DNA of 64,000 nt from Candidatus Nealsonbacteria bacterium RIFOXYB1_FULL_40_15 (GTDB lineage Bacteria; Patescibacteriota; Minisyncoccia; Minisyncoccales; GWA2-38-27), in assembly GCA_001821555.1 (NCBI GenBank), contig MHMM01000004.1:47525-111524 (forward strand), given 5' to 3'. The notes under the pieces are model-generated. The model was not told the DNA's origin and made no database searches. It was given only the letters and a program-made list of their open reading frames with translations. Shown here piece after piece: positions 1 through 8,635 of this stretch. Each line of letters begins with the position of its first letter. Positions within the stretch are counted from its first letter, which is position 1. Position numbers and translations under genes: made by a program.

Positions 1-471
1 TTTAAAGAATTATTTAATTTAAGCTGGAGACGCTGGGCTCAGCAGTATCAAATGGCTTATTGCGGATCAGCCCTTTTTAAGCACGGCGTGAGTAGGGAAA
101 GAATAGGTAAAATAATTTCATTTATGCCATCGCAAGAATTGAAAGATTTATCAGATTCAGATATTTTTTGGGATGAAATAGAATCCATTATTCCCCTGCA
201 AGTTGAGGAAGTTTATGATGCAACCGTTCCGGGAGTCCATAATTTTTTGCCAAACGGCATAGTAGCTCATAACTCGTTAGAACAGGATGCAGATGTGGTG
301 CTTTTCATATATAGAGAAGACAGGTACAATCCGGAAACTTCAAGAAAGAATATCGCCGATCTAATGATAGCAAAGCACAGGAATGGGCCTGTAGGAAAAG
401 TAGGCCTCTATTTTAACGATCAAACGGTGAGCTTTAAAAATCTTGAAAAACAACAGGAGTATCAGGAATAA
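1..471 (+). CDS. dnaB: Replicative DNA helicase DnaB, C-terminal portion (partial; ORF enters from upstream of the window) containing the C-terminal end of an intein
   Basis: The reading frame is open from nt 1. The translation ...VYDATVPGVHNFLPNGIVAHN|SLEQDADVVLFIYREDRYNPE...IAKHRNGPVGKVGLYFNDQ ends in the conserved DnaB C-terminus (H4 motif, SxEQDAD). The block before it ends in the intein terminal HN with the +1 extein residue Ser, placing the intein/extein junction at nt 273/274. Stop at 469-471. Confidence 0.8.
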   Translation, partial: FKELFNLSWRRWAQQYQMAYCGSALFKHGVSRERIGKIISFMPSQELKDLSDSDIFWDEIESIIPLQVEEVYDATVPGVHNFLPNGIVAHNSLEQDADVVLFIYREDRYNPETSRKNIADLMIAKHRNGPVGKVGLYFNDQTVSFKNLEKQQEYQE

Positions 472-1049
472 TGAATTCAATCCAAAAGATAATAGGATTC
501 TTTTCAAAGTTTCCAACCATAGGCCCCAGAACAGCGGCGCGCTTTGCCTATTATCTTGTGAAACTGGAAAAGAAAGAGTTTAATGAATTTATTCATTCTT
601 TAGAAAGATTAAGAGACGATGTAAAGCTGTGTTCTTTCTGCTTCTGCCCCTTTGAATCAGAAGAATCTCTCTGCCCTATATGCTCTGATAAAACCAGGAG
701 CAGAGAATCTTTGTGCGTAGTAGAAAAAGAGCAAGACCTTCTTTCAATAGAGAAAACAAAGAAGTATAGGGGCCTTTATTTTATTCTGGGGGGAAATATA
801 AATCTAAAGAAAGAAAACGGCGCAAGAATAAATGAGCTCAAAGAAAGGATTGAGAAGATGAAATTCAAAGAGATAATCCTGGCTATAAATCCGACTCCCG
901 AAGGAGAAACTACGACTCTTTTCTTAGAAAGGGAGATTGAAAAATACAAAATAAAAACAAGCAGGCTTGGAAGAGGCCTGCCTGTCGGAGGAGAGATGGA
1001 ATATGCGGACGAAGAGACACTCTCCTCTGCCTTTGAAGGAAGAAAATAA
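471..1049 (+). CDS. recR: Recombination protein RecR
   Basis: 192 aa with an N-terminal HhH (TIGPRTAARFAYYL), a C4 zinc-finger Cys cluster (CSFCFCP...CPICSD) and a Toprim-like C-terminus. It overlaps the dnaB stop by 1 nt. Confidence 0.85.
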   Translation: MNSIQKIIGFFSKFPTIGPRTAARFAYYLVKLEKKEFNEFIHSLERLRDDVKLCSFCFCPFESEESLCPICSDKTRSRESLCVVEKEQDLLSIEKTKKYRGLYFILGGNINLKKENGARINELKERIEKMKFKEIILAINPTPEGETTTLFLEREIEKYKIKTSRLGRGLPVGGEMEYADEETLSSAFEGRK

Positions 1050-1050
1050 A

Positions 1051-1797
1051 TTAATGTTTTGCCAGCTTTATCGCAGAAGTAAAAAAGAAGATTATCTTAA
1101 GGGCTAAAATCAAAACAATTATTGTCCCAGAAGCCGTAAACATCCGGCGGTATAAAGCATTTCCTTCTTTTAGAACCTTGAATTCAGTCACATAGACGAC
1201 TTCGCAAGATCTGTCTCCGGTGTCTTCTCTTATGGTGCTGGTCGTGCGGGTTCCTGCCCCTATTTGATAGTTTACCAAATAACCCTTAAGGTAGATCTGA
1301 TCTCCTATTTGAGTTTTTTTGATATCCTTATACACTTCGTCGGTAGCAGGCAAGAGATGGTTGTTTGATCCGTAAGACCAAGAAAACTTCTGGTACCAGT
1401 TTCTATCAATTCCATTTTTAAATATTGGATAACAAGTAAATTCTCCGTGCTTAAATTTCATCTGCTGATAGACTTCGTTTTTTATATTATCTCCCCATAA
1501 AACGCATAAATCTTTTGTATTTAAAGGATCTGCTTTGTGGGCGTAGTCCAGCCAGTTTTCGCTGTCATACATGGATACCACCACTCCTCTAAGCTCATAT
1601 TCGTATCTTGGCGTTATATCGTAACCATAGCCTTCTTTTTCCTCGCAGAAAGGCTCAAGAATAGTTTCTGACTGAATCGGAGCAATATATATTTCGTTCA
1701 AGATTTCGTTCTTGTCCGGCAAATCATTTTTCTTAAAAAAAGAGAAAATAAAAAGAAATACGCTCAAAATCAGTATTATGCTAAATATTCTCCTCAT
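1051..1797 (-). CDS. Hypothetical membrane-anchored protein (TM helices at the N- and C-termini)
   Basis: 248-aa ORF with a hydrophobic N-terminal segment (IFSIILILSVFLFIFSFF) and a C-terminal TM. It is the last gene of a 4-gene minus-strand string with 4-nt overlaps or gaps. No recognisable family. Confidence 0.4.
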   Translation of the reverse strand: MRRIFSIILILSVFLFIFSFFKKNDLPDKNEILNEIYIAPIQSETILEPFCEEKEGYGYDITPRYEYELRGVVVSMYDSENWLDYAHKADPLNTKDLCVLWGDNIKNEVYQQMKFKHGEFTCYPIFKNGIDRNWYQKFSWSYGSNNHLLPATDEVYKDIKKTQIGDQIYLKGYLVNYQIGAGTRTTSTIREDTGDRSCEVVYVTEFKVLKEGNALYRRMFTASGTIIVLILALKIIFFFTSAIKLAKH

Positions 1798-2144
1798 AAA
1801 AATACTTCCAGAAACCTTATGACCAAAATGGTTGATAAAAATATGTAAATAAAATAATAAAATATTTTTACCTGGAGGTAGGTATTTTCATTTTTGAATT
1901 TAAATGCGATCGAAAAAGCATAGCTGATTGCTTCTTCAAGCCCTAAAAAATAAGCAATCCTGAATATATAGAGCAATGGCAGGGCTATCAAAAGAAGTAT
2001 TGACTTCAGAGAATAAATAAAAATTGTACTATCCATTAAAGAAACTTCCTGGGGGCTGGTAAGAAAAGAGCGTAATTCAAAAAGGTAAAAACAAAAACCC
2101 ACTATCTCAAAAAATAATTCTCTTTTAGACTCCTCTATCCTCAT
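1794..2144 (-). CDS. Hypothetical small polytopic membrane protein
   Basis: 116 aa and very hydrophobic. It overlaps the downstream ORF by 4 nt (ATGA-type), suggesting co-translation. Confidence 0.3.
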   Translation of the reverse strand: MRIEESKRELFFEIVGFCFYLFELRSFLTSPQEVSLMDSTIFIYSLKSILLLIALPLLYIFRIAYFLGLEEAISYAFSIAFKFKNENTYLQVKIFYYFIYIFLSTILVIRFLEVFL

Positions 2145-2148
2145 TTGA

Positions 2149-2544
2149 TTAATCTAAATATTCAGGATGGCACTCGCTCTTCTGATGCAATGATTCAAAA
2201 ACTTTGTTTCTAAAAGATTCTTTTCTCATCAGATCCTCAATTTCTTTAACCTCGCTATTTAAGTTTTGGTTGTCCCATCCATACGCTTGCATAAGTGGCA
2301 GTATCCTGGAAGTAATGATTTGTTGGAACTTCTGACCTGCCGGGGAACCCGCCTCTTCCATAGTCATAATCCGTGGATGCAAAATATCCAAAGGCTTGCC
2401 CAAGCCAGAATCATTTCTTGCTTGAAATTCAACGCAATAAAGATTAGCAACCATATCTATTTCTTTTTGGCTCGGCTTGAAAAGGATAATAACTAAAATA
2501 ACGCCCATTGTTATAAAAATAATTAGGTATAGAATTTTTTTCAT
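2149..2544 (-). CDS. Hypothetical protein with N-terminal TM anchor
   Basis: 131 aa with an N-terminal TM (ILYLIIFITMGVILVIILF) followed by a soluble domain. It belongs to the same operon-like string. Confidence 0.35.
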   Translation of the reverse strand: MKKILYLIIFITMGVILVIILFKPSQKEIDMVANLYCVEFQARNDSGLGKPLDILHPRIMTMEEAGSPAGQKFQQIITSRILPLMQAYGWDNQNLNSEVKEIEDLMRKESFRNKVFESLHQKSECHPEYLD

Positions 2545-2545
2545 A

Positions 2546-3010
2546 TTAATTTACACAGTTTCTTTTTTTAAGAGCTTGATAAACTTTATCGTAAAACTTA
2601 TCATTTTTCATCATTATTTGAATTTCCAAAATTTCTTTCTCCATCTCGTCCGAAGTTAATCGGTGCTTTTCTGCGATTTGATTCATCTTAATCTGCATTT
2701 GATAAGACATTGCTTCTCCGTTCTTCATAAACTCGTCATAGGAAAAATCTGAACTATACGAGCCAAATGCACTCTTTAATACTTCTTGTGTTGCGCAAGT
2801 ATAATCAACCATGATTTCAATTTTCTTTTTTTCATCCGCCCTTTTAACTTGGAAATAAATTCCTATGCCAGCTATTGCAACTAAAAAAATAATTCCTGTA
2901 ATCAGCCTATAATTGAGCGGCCTAGAAACATAGTTTACCTCCTTGTTATCTTTTTGTCCGCCTTCTTCCGTCGGCACGGGGAAGGGAGAATTGTCATATT
3001 CATTTTCCAT
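2546..3010 (-). CDS. Hypothetical protein with single internal TM
   Basis: 154 aa with one TM (LITGIIFLVAIAGIGIYF). It is the first gene of the 4-gene string downstream of the rplU terminator. Confidence 0.35.
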   Translation of the reverse strand: MENEYDNSPFPVPTEEGGQKDNKEVNYVSRPLNYRLITGIIFLVAIAGIGIYFQVKRADEKKKIEIMVDYTCATQEVLKSAFGSYSSDFSYDEFMKNGEAMSYQMQIKMNQIAEKHRLTSDEMEKEILEIQIMMKNDKFYDKVYQALKKRNCVN

Positions 3011-3112
3011 AACTTTTATTCTTTAAAATAAGGGGTCAACGCATTTTTAATTAACCTTCCGTCAAAATCATTCGGAATTTTTCCAGCATTTTCTTATTGT
3101 AGATTAAAAATT

Positions 3113-3145
3113 TAAAAAAAACAGCCTGTTTTATGCACAGGCTGT
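3113..3145 (-). terminator. Rho-independent terminator immediately downstream of rplU
   Basis: Minus-sense ACAGCCTGT-GCATAAA-ACAGGCTGT followed by T8, 4 nt after the rplU stop. On the plus strand the same hairpin is followed by CTTTT, so it is partly bidirectional. Confidence 0.7.
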
Positions 3146-3148
3146 CTT

Positions 3149-3460
3149 TTAAACTTCTATCTTGGTAATTTCAACCTCGGTATAGGGCTGTCTGTGGCCC
3201 TTTTTGGTTTTGTGCCTTGTCTTCGGCTTATACCTAAAAACAATGACCTTGTCTGCCTTGTCGTTCTTCAGCACCTTGGCTGAAACAGAAGCTCCTTTCA
3301 CCAGAGGATTCCCTATTTGGATCTTATTGCTCTTCTCTACAAGCAAAACATCCTTGAAAACCACCTCCTTTCCCTCTTCTTTCTCCAGCTTCTCTACTCT
3401 TATTTTGTCTCCGGGAGAAACCTTGTACTGTTTGCCCCCTGTTTTTATCACAGCTATCAT
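3149..3460 (-). CDS. rplU: 50S ribosomal protein L21
   Basis: 103 aa reading MIAVIKTGGKQYKVSPGDKIRVEKL...VFRYKPKTRHKTKKGHRQPYTEVEI, a canonical bL21 sequence. Confidence 0.9.
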   Translation of the reverse strand: MIAVIKTGGKQYKVSPGDKIRVEKLEKEEGKEVVFKDVLLVEKSNKIQIGNPLVKGASVSAKVLKNDKADKVIVFRYKPKTRHKTKKGHRQPYTEVEITKIEV

Positions 3461-3461
3461 A

Positions 3462-4484
3462 TTATTCTTCTATCAGTGGAGTTTCTAATTCCTCCTCCTG
3501 CGCTTTAATATTAGTTTGGCTACCTGTTATTTTTACCACATCTTTATCCACTTTGGCAAGCTCTTTGTATGCTTTATTGTATGTTCCGACCGCAACCCCC
3601 ATATGGCTTCCAAGTTTTTTCATATAATCTGAATAGGATCCTAGGTGCTTTCCAAGTCTCTCAACCTGCTTGATTATCTCTCTTGCCTGCTCTGAAATCT
3701 TCTGATTTCTAAGCCCCTGAAGGACAGTCTGCAGATATGCCAAAAAAGAAGTTGGGGAAACTATAACTACTTTCTTTTTCCCGGCATAATATATCAGGTT
3801 GTTTGTTTCTGAAGGAATACTTCCAACCTTATTTATCAAAAGGTCGTAATACACCGCTTCGGAGGGTATAAACATAAACGCAAAATCAGTCGTATTCTCT
3901 TCGGGCTTTACATATTTGGAAGTTTCTTCTATTCTTGTCTTTATATCTGAAATAAAGGCGGACTCAAATCTTTTTCTTTCTTCTCCCGAAGATTCTACCG
4001 CCCTATTGTAATTTTCCAAGCTGAATTTAGAATCAATCGGGATAACAAGCTTCCCAACAAAAATAGCGGCATCTACGATAACCCCGTCGGAAAATCCGTA
4101 CTGCATCTGATAGGCAGAAGGAGGAAGCACGTTCTTAAGCACCGTCTCAAGATAGTACTCTCCCAGCACTCCCCTTTGCTTTGGATTCTTAAGGACGTCT
4201 TGAAGATTTTTCAGCTGATCTGCAAAGCCTATAACCTGTTTGTTTGTCTCATCAAGTCTTGTGAGTTTTTCCGTTACATTCTGAATTATTTTTGCCGATT
4301 CTGAAAATTGCGACTGCATAGACCTATTGGACTCCGAAAGCTTTGAATCTATCGTCTGTTGAAGATTGTTCAGCTGTTGCTGCATCATCAACAAAGGGCC
4401 GGAATTGTTTCTCCTTAATATTAAAAAAAATACCGCGACCGCAAATGCTATGAAAATAAGTCCGATTATCAATGTTAAATCCAT
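3462..4484 (-). CDS. rmuC: DNA recombination protein RmuC family
   Basis: 340 aa with an N-terminal TM, a long coiled-coil (QQQLNNLQQTIDSKL...) and a C-terminal RmuC-like region (FAFMFIPSEAVYYDLL...VVIVSPTSFLAYLQTV). Its stop is 1 nt before the rplU start. Confidence 0.7.
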   Translation of the reverse strand: MDLTLIIGLIFIAFAVAVFFLILRRNNSGPLLMMQQQLNNLQQTIDSKLSESNRSMQSQFSESAKIIQNVTEKLTRLDETNKQVIGFADQLKNLQDVLKNPKQRGVLGEYYLETVLKNVLPPSAYQMQYGFSDGVIVDAAIFVGKLVIPIDSKFSLENYNRAVESSGEERKRFESAFISDIKTRIEETSKYVKPEENTTDFAFMFIPSEAVYYDLLINKVGSIPSETNNLIYYAGKKKVVIVSPTSFLAYLQTVLQGLRNQKISEQAREIIKQVERLGKHLGSYSDYMKKLGSHMGVAVGTYNKAYKELAKVDKDVVKITGSQTNIKAQEEELETPLIEE

Positions 4485-4501
4485 AAATATATATTAGTAG
4501 A

Positions 4502-5470
4502 TTAAGCCTGGAAAGCAAGCTCTGCAAATACGAAAATAAGATAGACTGCGATTAGTATCGCGGCTTCTGATCTTGTTATCTTTTTGTCCGTTTTTATAAA
4601 CACCAGGAAAAATAAGGCCGATAAAACTAGAAAAAATCTTGCAATAATAAAAGGGCTTAAGGTTTCTAAATGAATCGGGTGGATTAAAACAACCAAACCC
4701 AGGACAAAAGTAGCAGTCATTATCACAGATCCCATCAGATCCCCTAAAATCATCCATGTTCTTCCTTTTTTAGCGGAAATTGTTGCGAAATAAGTTTCGG
4801 GCAGGGCGTTTCCAAGGCCTATTATGATAATCCCCACAAAAGAAATGCCTACGCCCAAACAAATCGCAAAAAACTTAGCTGACTCCACTACGCCCCAGGC
4901 GCCAATGAGAATAAGCAAAGCGAAGAAAAGAGACCGAACAAAATCCCATAAAAACACTCTAAAATCCAAAAACGGTTTTGTTCTCTTATGGTTTACTGAA
5001 TTAGAAATTTGGTTTTTAAAATTTTCTTTCTTCGAAAAGAGCCATACGACATAAATCGCAAAGAAAAGTAAAAGAGCTGATCCGTCTATCCTGCTTAAGT
5101 TTTTATCCAAAATAAGAATCCAGGGCAGAAAAGCGGCAATGACAGTAAAAATCGTGCTTGCTTGAACCATTCTACTTTTTACGGATATACTTCTACCAGA
5201 CACCAAAATAGCAAGCCCTACAGCCAAAGTCATATCAATAACATTCCCGCCGACTATTTCTCCGAAGGAAAGTTCTGGTATCCCCTGTAATGCCGCATTT
5301 AATCCAACAAAGAAGTTAGGCAAGGACCCTGCTACTGCTATAATAAAAAAAGCAACTACAAATTCCCTCCACCCCAGATATTTTGCCATTCTTTCCAGCA
5401 CTTCGACAAGCCTGGATCCTGACCAGAACAGAAGAAGGCACGAAATAATAAATACCAATATCCAGATCAT
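4502..5470 (-). CDS. Ca2+/cation antiporter (CaCA family, YrbG-like); start re-set to internal ATG
   Basis: Polytopic membrane protein with two alpha-repeat motifs, GEIVGGNVIDMTLAVGLAIL and GNALPETYFATISAKKG. The ORF-track start at 5548 runs 82 nt into the ATPase gene. The Met at 5470 (MIWILVF...) gives an ATGA start/stop overlap with the upstream ATPase. Confidence 0.75.
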   Translation of the reverse strand: MIWILVFIISCLLLFWSGSRLVEVLERMAKYLGWREFVVAFFIIAVAGSLPNFFVGLNAALQGIPELSFGEIVGGNVIDMTLAVGLAILVSGRSISVKSRMVQASTIFTVIAAFLPWILILDKNLSRIDGSALLLFFAIYVVWLFSKKENFKNQISNSVNHKRTKPFLDFRVFLWDFVRSLFFALLILIGAWGVVESAKFFAICLGVGISFVGIIIIGLGNALPETYFATISAKKGRTWMILGDLMGSVIMTATFVLGLVVLIHPIHLETLSPFIIARFFLVLSALFFLVFIKTDKKITRSEAAILIAVYLIFVFAELAFQA

Positions 5471-8046
5471 CTTCTGCTTATAAAAATTAGTTTTGTAATT
5501 TCTATCAAAACAAGGTTTGAAAGCCCTAACCCTCCCAATATGAGCCAATCATAAAAGTTCAGGGGAACGACTTTTAAAAGATTTTGCAGGGGGGCTAAAT
5601 AAATCGTCGCTATTAATATAATTATACTAAAAAGCCAGGCTCCCACCAATAGCTTGTTTGAGAGGGGGTTTATTTTCCATATGTTTTTTCTCAAGCTCTT
5701 GCATGAGAGAATATAAAATATGGAATCTATGGCAAGGCCAGAAAAAATCATTGTCCTTATATGATCCATAGAATAATCCGTAAACTTATAAAGATAAAAA
5801 AACAATCCTAATAGGAAGATGTCTGTTAGTATTCCTATCACGAATATAAGTATTTTCATTTCAAGATCTAAAAGCGGAGCATTATGCCCATAAGGCCTCT
5901 GTTTCATTATGTCTTTTTCTTTAGGTTCAAAAGCAAGGGCTGCGTTAGGAAGCCCGTCTTCAATAAGATTAATCCAGAGAATCTGCCCCGCAGTCACGGG
6001 AATCGGAAACCCAAAAACAATGCTTGCCCCTATAAGAATAGTTTCTGTAAAAGAGCTTGAGAGAAGATAAGTTATCACCTTTCTGATATTGTCTATTATC
6101 CCCCTTCCCTCTTCAACAGCCGAAACCATAACATCAAAATTATCAGAAATTAAAACTAAGTCAGACACTTCTTTTGCAACTTCTGTTCCCGAACCTAGAG
6201 CCACTCCTATATCAGCTTTTTTCAGGGCCGGAGCATCATTAATCCCGTCCCCCGTCATTGCTATAACTTCCCCCCTTTCCTGCCAGGCCGAGATTATCCT
6301 CATTTTATGCAAAGGCTCCACTCTTGCGTAAACTCCGATCTTTCCGACAACTCTTGAAAGTTCTTGATCGGACATCTCATCCAAATCCTTCCCCTCTAAT
6401 ACGTTATCAGTGTTTATTCCCAACTCCTTAGCCACAGAGACGGCTGTAAGCATGTGGTCTCCTGTAACTATAATAGGGGTCATTCCCGCTTCTTTGCATG
6501 TCCTTATGGCGTCATAAGCTTCTTTTCTAATAGGATCCCTAAGAGCTATTAATCCGGCAAAAACTATGTCTTCAAAAAGATTCTTAAGATTATCTATTTC
6601 TTTGTACCCCATAGCAACAACCCTTAGCCCCCTTGAAGCTAGGTCTTCCACATTTATTCTTATCTCTTCTTCTAGCTCAGAGGTCATTTTCAGAGCTTCT
6701 CCCCCAGAGGAAACAAAACTAGCCATTCTCAAAAGCTTTTCGGGGGCGCCTGCGATATAGATGATATCTCTGTTTTTGGATATGCTAAACGCCTTAGCCA
6801 AATATTTGTTCTTAGGGTTGAATGGAAGCTCCGCTATTTTTAAAAGTTTTGACTCAAGGCGGCTCTTGTCCATTCCTGCATGCATTCCGGCTAAAAGCAG
6901 GGCTTTGTCGGTCGGCTTTCCTCTCACAACCCATTCTGAAGCAGAATCATCCGGGTTCTCTATAAAAGCTTCTGCGGTAAGCACCGCTATTTCAAGAACA
7001 ATTCTTTTATCCTCCTCCGTCTTTGCGGAGATTTCCGCCACCTCCATTTTTCCTTCGGTGAGAGTGCCCGTTTTGTCAGTCGCTATTACAGAACAAGAAC
7101 CCAAGGTCTCTGCTGATGAAAGCTTCCTCACGAGGCCCTTTTTTTTCATTATCCTCTGCATTCCCAAAGCCAATATAACAGTCATCGCGACTGGCAATCC
7201 TTCGGGAACAGCGGCAACCGAAACCGCAACCGCTATAGTGAACATTTCAATAAAGCTGTTCCCTGCAATCATTCCCTCTACAAAAATAAGAAGGCAGAGG
7301 GCGATTATGACAATTCCCAGTATTGAAGAGAATTTGCTGATTTTTTTCTGCAACGGAGTCTTTTCTTCTTTCTCGGAAGAAACCATTTCGGCTATTTTCC
7401 CTATTTCGGTATTCAGCCCCGTTTCCACGACAATGGCCTTAGCCCTTCCATCTTCTGCGACGGTGCCCATATAGGCCATATTGTCTCTGTCCGCAAGATC
7501 TATGCTTAATTTTAAGGAATCGTTCTTTTTTTCAGCAGAAATCCATTCTCCCGTAAGAGCCATTTCGTTGACCTTAAAATTATCACAACTGATGATTCTT
7601 GCGTCAGCAGGAACTTTGCTCCCCGAATTTAAGATTATAATATCCCCTGGAACAAGCTCTGATGAATCTACTATTTTCCTATTCCCCTCCCTTATAACTT
7701 CTGCTTCCAGGGTTATAAGATCCTTAAGTTTTGACAGGGATTTATTGGCTTTGTTTTCCTGAAGGTATCCTACAAAAGTATTTATAACCACTGCTCCAAA
7801 TATAACCAAAGCATCCGTATAATCTTTGAACGTCAAAACAATAATTCCTGCTATCAGGAGAATGTATATTAGAGGGCTTTTGAACTGCCCAAAAAGTATA
7901 TGAAGCCCGGACAGGGGCTTTTCTCTGGGGAGCAGATTGAGGCCGTATTTTTCTTTTCTTAACTCCGCCTCTTCTAACGCCAGTCCTTGTCTAAAATCAG
8001 ACCCTAGCGCCCTGACTGCTTCTTCCCAGGTTATGCTATGCCACAT
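5467..8046 (-). CDS. Cation-transporting P-type ATPase (P2-type, Ca2+-ATPase-like)
   Basis: 859 aa with the phosphorylation motif DKTGTLTEG, the hinge motif TGDGINDAPALKKADIGVA and 10 predicted TM helices. The N-terminal MWHSITWEEAVRALGSD matches the cation-ATPase N-domain. Confidence 0.9.
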   Translation of the reverse strand: MWHSITWEEAVRALGSDFRQGLALEEAELRKEKYGLNLLPREKPLSGLHILFGQFKSPLIYILLIAGIIVLTFKDYTDALVIFGAVVINTFVGYLQENKANKSLSKLKDLITLEAEVIREGNRKIVDSSELVPGDIIILNSGSKVPADARIISCDNFKVNEMALTGEWISAEKKNDSLKLSIDLADRDNMAYMGTVAEDGRAKAIVVETGLNTEIGKIAEMVSSEKEEKTPLQKKISKFSSILGIVIIALCLLIFVEGMIAGNSFIEMFTIAVAVSVAAVPEGLPVAMTVILALGMQRIMKKKGLVRKLSSAETLGSCSVIATDKTGTLTEGKMEVAEISAKTEEDKRIVLEIAVLTAEAFIENPDDSASEWVVRGKPTDKALLLAGMHAGMDKSRLESKLLKIAELPFNPKNKYLAKAFSISKNRDIIYIAGAPEKLLRMASFVSSGGEALKMTSELEEEIRINVEDLASRGLRVVAMGYKEIDNLKNLFEDIVFAGLIALRDPIRKEAYDAIRTCKEAGMTPIIVTGDHMLTAVSVAKELGINTDNVLEGKDLDEMSDQELSRVVGKIGVYARVEPLHKMRIISAWQERGEVIAMTGDGINDAPALKKADIGVALGSGTEVAKEVSDLVLISDNFDVMVSAVEEGRGIIDNIRKVITYLLSSSFTETILIGASIVFGFPIPVTAGQILWINLIEDGLPNAALAFEPKEKDIMKQRPYGHNAPLLDLEMKILIFVIGILTDIFLLGLFFYLYKFTDYSMDHIRTMIFSGLAIDSIFYILSCKSLRKNIWKINPLSNKLLVGAWLFSIIILIATIYLAPLQNLLKVVPLNFYDWLILGGLGLSNLVLIEITKLIFISRR

Positions 8047-8094
8047 TATTTAATTTTACCATTCTTAGCTCATATTAGCTCTGTGGAAAAGAAA

Positions 8095-8125
8095 AAGGGC
8101 AGTCCTCAAGCAGGGCTGCCCATCA
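8095..8125 (-). terminator. Rho-independent terminator
   Basis: Minus-sense GGGCAGCCCTGCTTGAGGACTGCCC followed by TTTTTCTTTTCC. Confidence 0.55.
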
Positions 8126-8138
8126 AGGAGATCATGAT

Positions 8139-8324
8139 TCAAGCCGGAATGGGCATATGGTAGCCCTCCGTCAAGGTAAAGGCACAAAAACTTTCCAGCC
8201 AAGTCATTTCATCGGCAGTCAGTCCTTCCTCAATATTGATCCTTCTGATTCTCTCAGGTTCCACGCTCAGGGAAATAGCTTGGTTGTCCTCGACCCCTAC
8301 TGCTTGCTCAATCTTTTTGCACAT
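8139..8324 (-). CDS. Small hypothetical protein (61 aa) with strong Shine-Dalgarno
   Basis: The internal ATG at 8324 is preceded by GGAGGT at a 6-nt spacing, which is unusual in this genome. It encodes MCKKIEQAVGVEDNQAISLSVEPERIRRINIEEGLTADEMTWLESFCAFTLTEGYHMPIPA. A hairpin with a T-run at 8095-8125 follows. The longer 113-aa track ORF overlaps the tRNA and repeat and is rejected. Confidence 0.3.
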   Translation of the reverse strand: MCKKIEQAVGVEDNQAISLSVEPERIRRINIEEGLTADEMTWLESFCAFTLTEGYHMPIPA

Positions 8325-8369
8325 AGTTAAACCTCCTATATATATAAGGTGCAAAAAAGTGCTACGGCA

Positions 8370-8448
8370 GTCGCATAATAAATCTGCTTTTGCAAATTTA
8401 CTCGCAACGGCCACGTTTAAATTTGACTGTGGCAAATTTATTACGTGG
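8370..8448 (-). repeat. tRNA 3'-trailer palindromic repeat pair (diverged HP-A plus HP-B copy) abutting tRNA-Glu
   Basis: HP-B-like CCACGTTTAAATTTGACTGTGGCAAATTTATTACGTGG at 8411-8448 overlaps the tRNA CCA. A degenerate HP-A-like palindrome (GTCGCATAATAAATCTGCTTTTGCAAATTTACTCGCAAC) lies at 8370-8408. Compare the identical copies near 60.5 and 61.1-61.3 kb. Confidence 0.6.
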
Positions 8449-8521
8449 CGCTCCCAACCGGAGTCGAACCGGTGTTGCATGATTGAGAATCATGCGTCCT
8501 GGACCACTAGACGATGGGAGC
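8446..8521 (-). tRNA. tRNA-Glu (anticodon CTC), CCA encoded
   Basis: Manual fold of the reverse complement GCTCCCATCGTCTAGTGGTCCAGGACGCATGATTCTCAATCATGCAACACCGGTTCGACTCCGGTTGGGAGCGCCA. The 7-bp acceptor, Glu-type D-arm, anticodon loop TTCTCAA and T-arm GGTTCGACTCC are all present. Confidence 0.85.
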
Positions 8522-8529
8522 TTAAACAG

Positions 8530-8558
8530 ATAATAACATTTCCAAGAGATATTGACAA
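8530..8558 (-). promoter_or_regulatory. Sigma70-like promoter for tRNA-Glu (TTGTCA-17-TATTAT)
   Basis: Minus-sense -35 TTGTCA at 8553-8558, a 17-nt spacer and -10 TATTAT at 8530-8535. The predicted start is only 1-3 nt upstream of the tRNA 5' end at 8521. Confidence 0.45.
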
Positions 8559-8635
8559 GAGGAAAAATAGGTGCTAATATTAGACTAGCTCTTTTTAAGC
8601 AATGTGCTTGAAAAAGCTCTAAAAGTACTGTTTTT

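Noticed and set aside
6089-7762. Plus-strand ORFs 6089-6331, 6566-6760, 6761-7474 and 7481-7762
   Set aside because: Antisense shadow ORFs inside the P-type ATPase gene, with low-complexity Ser/Leu-rich translations.
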